From contig CM082577.2 in assembly GCA_040954595.2 (NCBI GenBank), positions 15,011,903 through 15,075,902 of the forward strand: 64,000 nt of DNA, read 5' to 3'. The DNA comes from Balanoglossus misakiensis (taxonomy: Eukaryota > Animalia > Hemichordata). Below are positions 1 through 12,124 of this stretch, in pieces; position 1 is the first letter of the stretch; the number at the start of each line of letters is the position of its first letter. The notes beneath the pieces are model-generated. The model saw only the letters and a program-made list of their open reading frames with translations, had not been told where the DNA came from and did no database searches. The position numbers and the translations under genes were made by a program.

Positions 1-557
1 AAAGCTTGGATTGGTTGAACCAGTGAACGGATCGCGTCCAATGATCAACGACGTAAACCCGTCGCTCGCCAGATTTCCATTTCCGCCATCTTGTCGGTCC
101 AAAGTACTCCAATGGATACCATTCACATAAACTATGACATTCACGGTGTCCCACGTGAAGGTTATATGCCGCCAGTCGTAGGCACTGGGCGCTTTGGCGC
201 GAAACGACCATTCCCCGTCGTCTGCCGACAAAAGTGTGAATTCAACAAAAACGCCGTCATACTCGAACCGGAAACCTCTTGACGTGGACGGGTTATCGTA
301 ATTAGATATGATCACACAATCAGTCTTTGAATGTCGCTGGAACCAAAACGACAGTGTAAAGCCCGTCGGACAGCGTAGGGTGCTTCCGATACAAGCCGTG
401 TTGTCGAAGTCTGCGGAGAGCCACGCCCCAGTTGCATCCAGAAGTGCCCCTTGCGATTTGCGAGCTGCAGCCAGCTGAACATATCCATGCATCTCCATTG
501 CAGCGTCACCAACCATGTAGCCGCCAGAAGTCTCATCCATTGGCAAATGGAGACGTT
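1..557 (-). CDS. Internal exon encoding a LamG/pentraxin (ConA-like) domain, resembling the N-terminus of ADGRD1/GPR133-type adhesion GPCRs; runs off the window
   Basis: Acceptor ttttcatttcag at 558-569 (minus), phase 1. Stop-free frame (E)RLHLPMDETSGG...ACIGSTLRCPTGFTLSFWFQ...DWRHITFTWDTVNVIVYVNG...SLIIGRDP carries LamG-like motifs (C-x5-C..GFTLSFW, W.H..FTW, VYVNG, L.IG). Missed by the ORF track because it is open-ended. Confidence 0.85.
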
Positions 558-1767
558 CTGAAATGAAAATTATACAGGTATATATGAGCATCTAATCGAC
601 GCCCCATTGTGGCTGCATGTTGCAATTTGAACAAGTGTTATATTAAACGGGTACCCAACCGATAAACTGATGCAAACACAGGTAGATCAATGGGGATGAT
701 TGTGAAAGACAAGGAGCCGTTTAATCAGCTTTCATAGCAAGAGTACAAAACTATCATTGTATGTGTCGCCAAGAGATGGCAAACTGATGTAAACACAGAT
801 AATATGGCTCAATGGGGATGATTGTGAAAGATGCGGAGACGATTTATGTGTTTTATTGTGGAAAAAAACGCATGTGAAATTCAGCAGCTCATGGGGATTT
901 CATTCATGACAAACGAGAAAAGACGCTAGACTGTAAATTAACCACGACAACATATTTGAGGTCTGGAAGTCTTTAGAAAGTTATTTGCGAAAACTTGCCA
1001 GAATTTCTTTTCACGCCTCGCCATTCTTGAATCTATACAGGGCGGTCAATACACAAAATGGAAATAACTCACTCGTTCGTACACTTGTATGACCATAAAT
1101 TTATGTTAGTAAAGGAGTGTAAATAATGCGAAAAGTGGCAGCGCGTGGGACTAGTAACACTGCTGTGAATGTATTCCATAACATACACTGTATCTATGGC
1201 ATGTGTGCGTGTGAGGCATTTGTCAGTATAGGGCGCATCTCAAGAGATTGTGACATGTCTTTGAGGTAATATGTACAAGCAAGCTGCACATTCCCGTACA
1301 GCTCTTGTAGCTTTGTGGATACAATTCGAAACAGCATACTTAATTCGTATGAATGCCACGTCAAGTACAAAAGAACAACATTCCAAGCGATCGAAACACA
1401 AGGTATCCTCTGCCCGTATGCTGGTATACGCAGCAAAGAAGGGTGAACAGAAAAGGACGTTTATCATTGAAAAGTTAGGATGCATAAAACGGATTGCACA
1501 CAAGAGTAACTCATTGACTTCATAGCTTCACACCATGGTTTGTCGTTGCAGAAGTGGTTTGGAAAGAGAGCAGTGGTCAATCAGGGATGTTTGTCATTGT
1601 TTGAACACCATACAGTACAATGCAACTTTGACTTTCAAACTATTTACCCGATTACCGGCATTGCATAATGTACCCAAGGTTAGGCTACAGTGAGAAGCGC
1701 CATCAACATTGTTTTCTGAGTTACCGCTGTCATTCGTTTTGTATTGACCATAAATTATACAGCCAAA

Positions 1768-2518
1768 GGGACCGTTCAGTTCTTACGGCCAGGGGGAGGG
1801 GGGGGGCGGCAAAATCCAGGAGGGGTTACTTAAATTTTGAAGTCCAAAGGGGCGGGGTCATCTGTTTTTTTTAAACGTTTAGGGGGGGGGTCACATACTT
1901 TTGCCACCGAACTTTTGCTTTTCAGTCCACAAAATTGCAGTTTCGCGCCCTTTATTTTACAAAATTTTCTATTGTGGGATGGGGACACCCCCTCCCACAC
2001 CCACCCCTTCATTCTCCGCCACATTTCATTTTTTGGCAAAAAGTAAAATTGGTCCTCCCAAACATTGAGAAAATTTGCTTTCGAGTTATTAAAAATGCAA
2101 CTTTGAGCTACATATTTTACAAAAATTTCTTATGTGGGAGGGGACACCCCCTCCCACGCCCATCCCCGCCACTTTTCTTGTTTTACCAGTTCTAGCAACT
2201 ATTGTATTGACTTGTCATTTTATTTTGTTCGTAGATTTCTTTATTGCAATGATGATATATATACCGGTACTTCAATTACTTTAAGAAATTTATAATTGAG
2301 GTGTGAGCATCATTCCCTTTATTGCATACGGTGTACATAGGATCAGGACGGCGAATGTTTTCAGCGGGGGGGGGGGTCATCATATTTTTGGGTCTGTCAA
2401 AGGGGTGTCGTCATTTTTTGGTGCTGGGTGAAAGGGGGGGGGGGTCGGCCTGATTTTGAAAACCGATGACACAAACTTGCCGCCCCCCCCCCCTCAGCCG
2501 TAAAAACTGAACGGTCCC
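1768..2518. mobile_element. PIF/Harbinger-like MITE
   Basis: ~45-bp TIRs GGGACCGTTCAGTT(C/T)TTACGGC...GGCGGCAA; flanks AAA/TAA (degenerate TAA TSD); internal GGGGACACCCCCTCCC repeats. Confidence 0.8.
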
Positions 2519-2917
2519 TAATACAAATATTATGGAAACTTGTCCTGGGTGACATTCAAAATATTTACCGGAATGCTATAGCCTAATCTATGGTTCGGGT
2601 TGATGCTATTATTTTTTATTTTTTAATCAAAAATCGATTTTGTTGTATATCATTGTCATTATCAAAACTAAAAAGTGTCAGAAATAAAAGTTCCGTATTG
2701 ATGATCGAAAGTCACGCCGATGAATGTTAACACGAGTGCACAGTGACAAGACAAATATCGTGCATTGCAGTGAATACAGTTCCCATTGGGTAGTTAAAAA
2801 ATAAAACATCCGTAAATTCGTGATGACCTGTATTTTTATTAATTATTTATTTGGTATAAGCTCCGTATGCAAGTTAAGAGGCCGGTTTTAGCTCTATTGA
2901 GTATTTAGCTTCGCTGT

Positions 2918-2947
2918 ATTGGACTCTCGTCCAATCAGAATGGCGGA
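2918..2947 (+). promoter_or_regulatory. Candidate promoter of the + strand exon array (inverted CCAAT pair plus YY1-like AATGGCGG)
   Basis: ATTGGACtctcGTCCAATcagAATGGCGG in a CpG-rich stretch ~450 bp upstream of the first recognisable exon. Confidence 0.3.
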
Positions 2948-3402
2948 TGGTAGCATGAGCCAATATTTCGAGTATATGGCTGTAGTGTGTATTACAATAG
3001 GCCTATCTTAGATAGGTCGGAATGGAGAGGTCATTCCTTTTATTTTAGGACGCATCAGCTGCTTGTCTTTTCTATTATATTGGACAAATTCGGATTGTTT
3101 TATCACTTCAAAAATTGAAGACGCCGAACTATAGTTTCCCTGTGCCTATTTGGATTTGCCCTACGCTTCTGTAGTCTAATGCAATAACAAGATAACCGTA
3201 CTTACAAAATCACGCTTCCAAAAAAAACACCGTGAGAGAATTCATCACCTGCATTTCAGTTTGTCTGCATTCATTGACCTGAGACTCTTTCTCTCTGCAT
3301 GCACACAGACGTTGCACTGCATTCTTTGACTAATTAGTGTGACGTAATGCTAAAAGCAAGATTCTGATTGGGTAGTAACTGATATGCATATTTCACTCAC
3401 AG

Positions 3403-3516
3403 ATGGTGCCTCGTTCTCGTACCGGAACCGTTGCTTGTATTTGAAATCATTTGGACTTCGACGGTCTTCAAGCATGGAGGTCCCGGTCGCCTCCATGCTT
3501 GAATGTCGGATGTCTG
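3403..3516 (+). ncRNA. Exon H (114 nt) of putative spliced structured ncRNA; contains a hairpin
   Basis: cactcacag acceptor, G|GTAAGCA donor; perfect 14-bp inverted repeat 3467-3480 / 3490-3503. Confidence 0.65.
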
Positions 3517-4184
3517 GTAAGCATGACATTTAATTTAACTTAACTTAACTAGTACACTCTATCTAGCAAGAAGGGTAGTGGTACGGCGAGAATATCCTCC
3601 CACCATGAAAATTCTGAATGTGGAAGGCGTCACAGCAAAATGTACGTCGTTTGCGGTCTCAGTCGGCTTTGCTGTGGCGGTGGTATCGTAACACACTACG
3701 TACGGTATACGTTTTGAGGCGGGCGATTTTAAGGGAAAGCGTTAGTGAAGAAACTGACCAATTGCGACTATTTGATAGTGGATTTTATCGCATTTATCAT
3801 AATTTTTTTGCTGTTTGGAGATTTTTTGGCATCATTATAACTGTTATGAGCTACCAGTGTTAGCTAAGTCCCGATGTTGGCAGCGGCACAAAGAGAATTA
3901 GTTCGAACCATAGACGGCTCTCCCTCCGAGTTTTATGTTTGTTTGTTGTTATTGATTGGCATAATGAACAAAAAAAAATGTTTGCTTGTTTAATTATTTT
4001 TAAATATGGTCACGTTTGTTGGCATGTTAGGTATATTCAACTGTTAGGGTTGGGATTTATTCGCATCACTCCCTGTGTTCGAACTAATTGCATATCCTTC
4101 ATATTTTGACTAATTAGTGGAATGATAATTGATATGCTGAATTTGTTTTATGGTTACTAACTTCTATGCATTTTTAATTCACAG

Positions 4185-4246
4185 AATGATCCATTACAAC
4201 TCGGGATTCTCTTCCTCGTCCGGGGCAAGTTTAAGACCGCTCAATG
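4185..4246 (+). ncRNA. Exon A1 (62 nt, pyrimidine-rich arm) of putative spliced structured ncRNA
   Basis: TACTAAC branch point, aattcacag acceptor, G|GTAAGCA donor; complementary to exon B1. Confidence 0.7.
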
Positions 4247-5524
4247 GTAAGCATATTTGTTTTTATCGGGCATAACGAAATTGTTTGAACATAGGAAGCA
4301 ATGTATGCCTACAAGCTAATTTACATAATCCAGATATCAACTTCTGTTTTTTTCGTTCAAATTCTGTGTGCTCTGACCTCGATTGCCAGTAATATAATCA
4401 CGACGACATGAATTAAATAGACAAGCAAGTTCAAATCTTCACATGAAGCATAAATTCAAATTGGATGTTCATGTATTTCTTTGGCTGAAAGTGTGATTAT
4501 CCAACACCATGCTTAATCATGTTTTGTAAAGGTTAGTTGCATGAAATTAGTGTGATAGCCAGCATTCGATGTGATGGCCAACAGTAGTTCCAAATACGCT
4601 ATTCAGTGTTCACATGTGTAGATAAAATTGTCGATCACTAATACACATTTTGAGAACGTACTTTTAAGGCGAATCTTTAAGTAAAACAAGGACACTTGAA
4701 ACACCTATTTAGTCAAACAAAAAGATATTGATTTTTCTATTGACAGAACAAAGAAAATGTACATGTTAACTTTCAACAGAGACTGGCTACATCAGTTAAT
4801 CATTTGCTAGTTTCCTCCAAAATGTGACATTTGCAGTACATGAATACTTTGATTTCTATGGCTTTTAAATTTTAATTTTGAAATTTTCACTCTTATTCCT
4901 CAACATACTTTTCCGGATAAAAATAAATAAATTTGTATGTACTTCATATTTTTGTTAGTATGCAAAACAAAAAAAAGTTATTAAAATGTCAACCTACAAT
5001 GATACAAATCATGGAGAATTGTTGGTAAAATATTGTACTGTGTGTTGTTTAGAGTAAAATAAAACAATACTTTCAGGCCAGAAAGAAAAAAATCATGGCA
5101 TAAACAGGCTGCAGTTTTTGCAGAAATTTCTCTGTTTATGTCAAGGTTAGTACATGTACAGTACATGTGCATCATTTGATAGCCAGCATTCGATGTGATG
5201 GCCAACAGTTAGTTGCAAAAACCTATTCAGTGTCTGTCCAATAACGGGTGCAGCAGATTGAATGAAAATTGCATTGAAAAGATGTAGACTGATGTCAAAG
5301 TGGTTGCATTGATATTAAAGTTTGATCTGAATAGGCAGTTATATTGCAGTGAGTTCAATATGAAGTTTGTTGTGTTCAATGTAGCCTTGCTCCAAGTCTG
5401 TAGGCTTCATTATTTAAAAAAAATACATTTCAGAAAATTGTGTACTGAGTCTCTCTATGGAGCTTGTGGGGAGGATAGCGTTGGCTCATGGTAACCAAAG
5501 CCAGAAGTCCATTCCAAAAGTCCA

Positions 5525-5643
5525 TTCCAAATTCGAAACTCAGCTCAGTACCAGAAACTCGCTCAAAGCTAGCAAAATACACGAAAAGTATTAAGAATCT
5601 TTACAAAGACAAAAATCACCAAGCGACTGGTGGGCTAGTCTAT
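5525..5643 (-). mobile_element. Truncated terminal fragment of the TAGACT-ended element family found intact at 24433-25659
   Basis: Reverse complement TAGACTAGCCCACCAGTCGCTTGGTGATTTTT...GAGTTTCGAATTTG aligns to 24433 onward. Confidence 0.75.
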
Positions 5644-6156
5644 GTTCAATGTGTCTTCCCCGGTAACATCACAACCCTTCGAAATGTTTTGGTATACTGA
5701 TATTCAAAGTTGAAATGTTAAGGCTTGTTTTACTAAGATACATGTTTAATAATTCATATCAATGTCCATTGTTGTGCTAATCAGTTGTATGAGGTCAGTT
5801 GGATCAGATGCAAGTTTCATTTTCAAAATAGCTATAAAGTAATCCTTGTACAGTATTATCTTGATGTCACAGATATAGTGTCAGTTTCACTGGTCACCTG
5901 ATTGCCATGTTGGGGTATACCCATGTGGAGCATTTTTACTGCAGTACCGATGTAAATGCAGTTTCAAAATCGCTGTTTCAAAGAACGCTGAGACAGAATT
6001 CTACGATTAGTATTCTACTGTTGTGCATTATCACTGCACAGTCAGACCCTACAGTCATTATACCACATCCTGCATATTTTCACTAAGTGGTTTTGCATAA
6101 TTCTAAAGCAAGGTTATGATTGGTTACTAATTAATATGCATATATTTAATTCACAG

Positions 6157-6228
6157 TCTTAAACGCAGCATTTCAACGTATGCCGGAGGAGGGAGAGAAT
6201 ACCCTGGCCCGATCAAGACCGCTTTCCG
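6157..6228 (+). ncRNA. Exon B1 (72 nt, purine-rich arm) of putative spliced structured ncRNA
   Basis: TTACTAAT branch point, aattcacag acceptor, G|GTAAGCA donor; complementary to exon A1. Confidence 0.7.
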
Positions 6229-7392
6229 GTAAGCACAACTTGCTGTATACATGCTTCATAGCTTGTTTATAAATGCTACCTTTTCCCATCAAATAGTGAA
6301 TTCACCCTGTCTAAATTATGGGGGCGTCAATCCACAATTGGTTATCATGAACAGTTGATTACACCAATAATCTTTTGAATATTCTCCACTTGTATAACCT
6401 TTAGGTAGCACTATCCTCAACAATATCAGTTAATAAGATTCAAATTTCATATTGAAGATGTTGTATAGCAAAGCTGATCAATTATGACTATTTGATGTGG
6501 AATTTATCAAAGAATGTGTCACAAATCAACAACTGAAGAATAAACAGTCACCTAACATGTATCAAATTTTTTGTTAGAGGGAACCAGAGCAGAGTCTCAT
6601 AAACCTGCCCACTCAAGCTAACCATAACTTGACAAATGTTTCCGTCATAGCATGCAGAAAATTGTGTAGGCATGACTTGGGATGTAAATTTGATGAAAAT
6701 AGCTAGATGCATATTGTTCACAAACAGCTGACTGTACTGATAGACTAGTAGTTGTGTACTTCATTTACATATTCAATACTTGTAGTCTTACCATGTCTAC
6801 ATCTGGGGGATTTCTTGACCAAAATGTCCCTGCAGGTACAATGTCATGTAATCATGTAGTATGGTAGTACAAAAAATGTAATTGTCAGTCTGTTTATGGC
6901 ATTTTTAAATATTTGATTTTGTCTATGATTTTGATTAGGTTTTTGGTTTCAAAATCATTTTCTATACTTTTGACATTTTTGGGTGAAATGATTTTGCTTG
7001 ATAAATCTGATTTGCCTGAAATTCGGTTTACAGTATTTACACCATCTATAAATTATGAAGTATCAGAATTGCATCAGGCCCCAAGATTCTAGTCACCATT
7101 AGCAAGTGTATTTTTGGCCATTGACCTGGGTAAGCTACAAATAAAAATGCGTTGTCAAGGGTATAATGGTTTTTTGCACGAGCTGCATGTTTATAATTTG
7201 CAATAGAAATAGACACTGTTGCAAAATTTGCATTTTTATAATTTGCCATTTTTGGTCTTAAATTTTTTTCCCCCAAAAAAACTCATGTCAGATTACTTTG
7301 AAATTTGGTAGACATGTTTCTAGGGGTAAACAAAGTTCGATGTAAAACGTTTGGTGAAATTTGTATGCTTGTGAAATTTTTGCCTAAAATTG

Positions 7393-7920
7393 TTAGGGGC
7401 CAAAGAGTTTTTCTTCTTCACGGGCGCTTTTTTTTATAAAGCTAGAACTAGAAAACAGCTCCATGTATGCATCTCAAACTTGGCACAATGATGGGAGCCC
7501 ACGAGTTCTTGTGCATAGCACTCTTGCAGTCTAATTAGTCATGAGAATGTGACCAGCGGCCATATTGGATTTCCTGAAAGACGTGAAATCTCAGATCTCA
7601 GGAACTACTGGCCAGAACGTCTCCAAATTAAAAATCTTCTTCTCCAGAACCAGCAATCACCAAGTTGTGGGATTATGTGTATGTGTTTAGCTAAGTGAGA
7701 TCTACAAAAATACTGTACAGAATTATGATTGGTTTCAGCTGAAACTTTGCATGAAACATCAGGGGCAAGACTAATTTGAAGTCTATTGACAAAATTTTGA
7801 AAAGTCAACAAATGGCCGCAATGTTAGATTGTTGTTCAGCTCATTATTTCCATATCTATTTTTAGTCTAAATACTGATAGCACTGAAATTCTTTTTATGG
7901 ATATGGGTCATATGCCTAAA
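7393..7920 (+). mobile_element. Degenerate interspersed repeat (HINE/DINE-1-like), paralogous to 17266-17790
   Basis: Shared blocks with 17266-17790, e.g. aattagtc..gtgacc..gccatatt, cttctccagaa and tttttagtctaa...tgatagcac. Confidence 0.5.
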
Positions 7921-9755
7921 AGTTGTTGCAATTTTTTGGCAATTTTCTGATGACCTATGACCTAGTTTTTGAGAAACTTATTATATTTGCATATGTCTAA
8001 TACTAGCCGTTGTAAAACCACCAGTGTCACACGACTAAAATCACAGACAGGTTTTCTTTCAAATATTTCTGCAATTTTGGCAATGCTTTTTGACCTATGT
8101 TTGCTGCTTGTTGTCGTTTTTCTGCATATCTAATTATATGCTAACAAAAGGGGCTAGACGTTTGGTTTTAGATGCATGTGGAACATATGGGACTTAAATT
8201 TGATGATTAATTTCTGGACCCCCTTGATCTCTCTTGACCTCATTAAATATATACATATCTAATTTTAAGCTTGCTAGGAGAGTTGAAAGTGCAGTTTTTT
8301 TGTTGACACGCATTACTGTGGTACTAAAATGTGATGGTTAATTTATGACCCCCTTGACCAATGTTGACTTATTAAATATGTACATACACAATATCTCAGC
8401 ATCCGCACCAGATACAGCCTGGACATGTCGAGGGCTGAAACTTTAAAGGGTACACAAGCTGCAACTTTTGGGATGATTATCATATATACTTTCTTTTGTC
8501 AAACTGTACTACCATTTAGCCCATAAAGATGTATGTACTGCTGTATACAAGTGTTATTTGTGTATAGTCTGCAGTTTTTATTCAAATATGTGACTCATGA
8601 TGAAATGCCGTGCATTTGCTGACCAACAAAATATAAACATTGCATGTAGTCAGCGTTGTAATTGAGCATTATTTTGAATTCAAGTCCAGACAGCGGCCAT
8701 TATACACATACCCTGGTACAGACTATGGTAACAAGTGAAACACTTAGTATATCTGCATGGTGTTTGGAATAGAGCAAAACATAGCATTTGATACACAAAA
8801 CAAAAATGCTGGAAAAGCCATATGTTACAACTAATGTCCTTTTCTGTAAAACATGTATCCAAAACACTCAATTTGTTCATTGAATACATGTTCAATTTTC
8901 AAAATGTGCAAATTTGTGCAAAATGTGCAAATTTGTGCTATTTGTTTGAAAAGGGAAAATTCAAATTGAGATTATATCAAATGTTTCCTTCCATTAAGTA
9001 AAATTGAAAATTCTTCTGCTAATAATTATCCCCCTTTGTACCACACCCACTTTCTATATACAGGCCCTCCATCTATAGGTCAGTTGGTATTTGGAAACTG
9101 TGCTTGCTTCTCCGTACAGACCACAGGCCATTGTTGTCAAAGTTGGTCACAGTTGATATATCAAATTAATATCTTAACAGACAACAATGCTAAAATACAA
9201 TGAATTAAAAGGAAACTTATAAATAATTAATAGCTGCGCATATTCAACCTATAATACCAGATAATAATTGCGATCACAACCACTAATTATTCAATGGTCA
9301 AATACCCAGTGTTTACATGACAAAGTGGAAATTTAATAACAGAAAAATGACTCCTCAAATCCTGAGATCACAGATCAGTCATCAACTAATAATATGAACT
9401 TCTGGTGAGAGTATTATAGGAATTGTTGAAAATAACAGAGAGAGTAAAAGAAAGTTTTGTAGATGCATGGTGGCACTGAAACAAAAAATCCTTCACATCC
9501 ACAAGGACATATCACATGTCACATTAATAAACTTATTTTCATAGCCACCCCTGAAAGACTGGTGTTTTTGTGCCCTCCCTCAACATTTCTCATGTAAAAA
9601 AAAAAATTAGCCTGAGGCCCTCCCCCCCCAAATTTCTCATGTAAAAATTCGATGCCCCCCTAAAAATGCTCAACACTCCTTTTCACCTTCACCTGCATTT
9701 TGTGACATACATGTTTATGATTGCTTACTAACTACTATTCATAATTGATACACAG

Positions 9756-9839
9756 ATGGAAGCCACGATTGTCGGAATTTCAACTGGTTCGGGTTTCTCG
9801 TTCTCCTGCGCGCCGAAGTCTGTTTAAGACTACTTTCTG
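9756..9839 (+). ncRNA. Exon A2 (84 nt, pyrimidine-rich arm) of putative spliced structured ncRNA
   Basis: TACTAAC branch point, cacag acceptor, G|GTAAGCA donor; downstream intron is paralogous to that of A1; complementary to exon B2. Confidence 0.7.
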
Positions 9840-10462
9840 GTAAGCATGACTTCATTTATATTTCCTCTTATGGGGCATTATAGCAAAACCATAAAAAACA
9901 AAATGAAAATGCTCTCAGCCTACAAATAGATTTACATATTCCAGCTTTCTTTCCTTCAAATTCTGCATGCTCTCTCCTTGATTTCCTGTAATATGATCAT
10001 GATTACGTGAATAAAATGGACATAAATTCAATTTGGACTCATTTAGATTATGGCAGACTACCCTGGTAGCTATAATTGTATTTAGGCGCCTTGGATAACA
10101 TTACTTGTTTGCTGGGTGGGTGTAGGTTTCTTGAGAAAGTGTTGTGATAAAGTGTGCGAACACATTTCTGTTGTTTACATATACGGTACAGATAATGATG
10201 TCAGTTTCATTTGTCACCTGATTGCCATGTTAGCGTGTACCCATGTGAAGATTGTTTGCTGCACTACTACTGTGTTAATGGAGTTACAAAATTGCTGTTT
10301 CACAGATTTCCCTGATTATTATTCCCTTCTAGTGCATTATCACAACACAGCTTGACCCTACAATTATACCATGTTCTGTTCTGCATATTTTGAATGACAT
10401 AATGCTAAAAGTTAATTTCTGATTGGTTACTTATTAATATATATATATATATTGATTCACAG

Positions 10463-10650
10463 CTGGTGTCTTAAATGTCATCATTAGGCTGTGGAGGAGG
10501 GGGAGAAGACTTGGACCCTATGTTGAAGACCCTTGCGGCATGATTTGCTGTATACAGCGTGTATACATGCTGTATACATGCTGTATACATGCTGTCAACA
10601 TTTGCTGAAGGAAGGGGAGAAGTCCCAGGCCCCATTAAATACTTTTTCTG
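10463..10650 (+). ncRNA. Exon B2 (188 nt, two tandem purine-rich arms) of putative spliced structured ncRNA
   Basis: attcacag acceptor, G|GTAAGCA donor at 10650/10651; flanks ~10190-10815 are paralogous to ~5870-6410 around B1. Confidence 0.6.
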
Positions 10651-10865
10651 GTAAGCATGACTTGTTGTATACATGCCAAATAGCTAGTTTATGCTATCTT
10701 TTCCCATCAAATGGTTAATTCACCCTCTCAAAATTATTGGGGCAGCAATCCACCACTGGTTATCATGGCCACCACTAATAATCACTTGAATATTCTTCAC
10801 TTGGTAACCTTAATGTAGTGCCACCGTCCACGATTGATTATCACTAGTTGAATAGGGGATCTAAT

Positions 10866-11176
10866 TAAGCAATAAAACACCCGCAGCCATGGTATACCAC
10901 GAGATTTTGACCAGTTCACGACATATACGCATGAGCGATAGCGAGTGCGTATATGTCGTGAAGTTGAACTGGTCAAAATCGAGTGGTATACCATGGCTGG
11001 GGGTGTTTTATTGCTATTATATTATGCCAGTATATTGAAACTTTGCATAAAACATTTTAATAAGGCATTTTCTTTGACTTTGATATATGACTGTGGTATA
11101 TGACGAATATATCACGTGTCGTGTCTCGACCAATAAAATAGCGTGATTTACACCATCAATATACTGGTATAATATA
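10866..11176. mobile_element. Foldback non-autonomous element (Crypton-like palindromic repeat)
   Basis: ~150-bp near-perfect palindrome AGCAATAAAACACCC...GGGTGTTTTATTGCT (10866-11016), followed by a second IR pair ttatgccagtatattg / caatatactggtataa. Family assignment is by resemblance only. Confidence 0.65.
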
Positions 11177-11869
11177 ATTGTATTTATGGTATAGGGGAAG
11201 TACTTCACAACTCAAAAATGTTTGTGTATGTTGATTTCTCATTTCAACTCTTCAGAGATTTGGTCCCTTCATTTTGGAATTAAATAGCAAATACTAGTAG
11301 TATTGTTTCTAAATTTGTTTTGAAAAAACAATCAGAAAAATGTTCCACTATTGTTGAAGCTCGATCTTAAGAGGTGAGCTAAATTACTTTAAAAATTGGT
11401 CAGGTATTTTTGGTGGATCTCACATTCTATTGATTAAATCCTTAAAACGGCTTTCCCAGTTTTTGATTAGGTATTGACTGCTCAAAAATAAGAATATAGT
11501 CATTTCAGTTATATATATATTGTTTGTCAATGAATGTTAAAAAATAAATATAGAGAGAAGACAGGGTGATTCCATGCTACCTTCTCAGTTAGGAGGTAAA
11601 AATATTATGGAAAATGTTGAGTCAGCACTTTTCTCACACTGCTATTACTATAGATTTCCTATAGTGAAAATATCTGAAAACGCAATAATAAATCAAACAC
11701 GGTGACATAATGTTGTCCTTACATGCTTCTATTTTGGCACCTTTTATGAAATTTTTGAGATTATGACAATTTTGCTACTTTTTCTCAAAATTTTATATGT
11801 AAAGCTATGTGATAACCACTTACTGCAGGCAGGTAGTTATCTTACCTAAGGAGGGATAGTATACTTTAA

Positions 11870-12124
11870 CCCTAACGCTGCCAAGTCAGTTGAAACTGGT
11901 TTGATATCCAAGGTGCCTAGAATCCTGGCTCCCAAGCCCGTTAGACTGCCAAGTGCTTGTTAATCAGTAGGGCCTATAAAAGACCCTCAGACCAATACAG
12001 TGCAAACCAGTGCGATTTGATACATTTTACAGGGGGCTCACACTGCCAAGTGTGTCTAAGTACGTATGAGAGCCATGTCAAGACTTGACACTCTAAACAG
12101 ATATGACACCCAGTAGCATTAGGG
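11870..12124. mobile_element. piggyBac-type MITE
   Basis: TTAA TSD on both sides; CCC...GGG termini; TIR CCCTAA(C/T)GCT(G/A)C. Confidence 0.85.

Noticed and set aside
1072-1180. Nearby first exon for the LamG gene (donor GA|GTGAGT)
   Set aside because: The ATG-open frames end in phase 2 or 0 rather than phase 1, and there is no signal peptide.
4186-10608. 120-aa ORF across spliced exons A1-B1-A2-B2 (MIHYNSGF...HAVNIC*)
   Set aside because: Paralogous arms are read in different frames (A1 vs A2, B1 vs B2), the open frame of exon H hits TGA on entering A1, and no domain is recognisable. RNA pairing explains the conservation better, though a micropeptide is not formally excluded.
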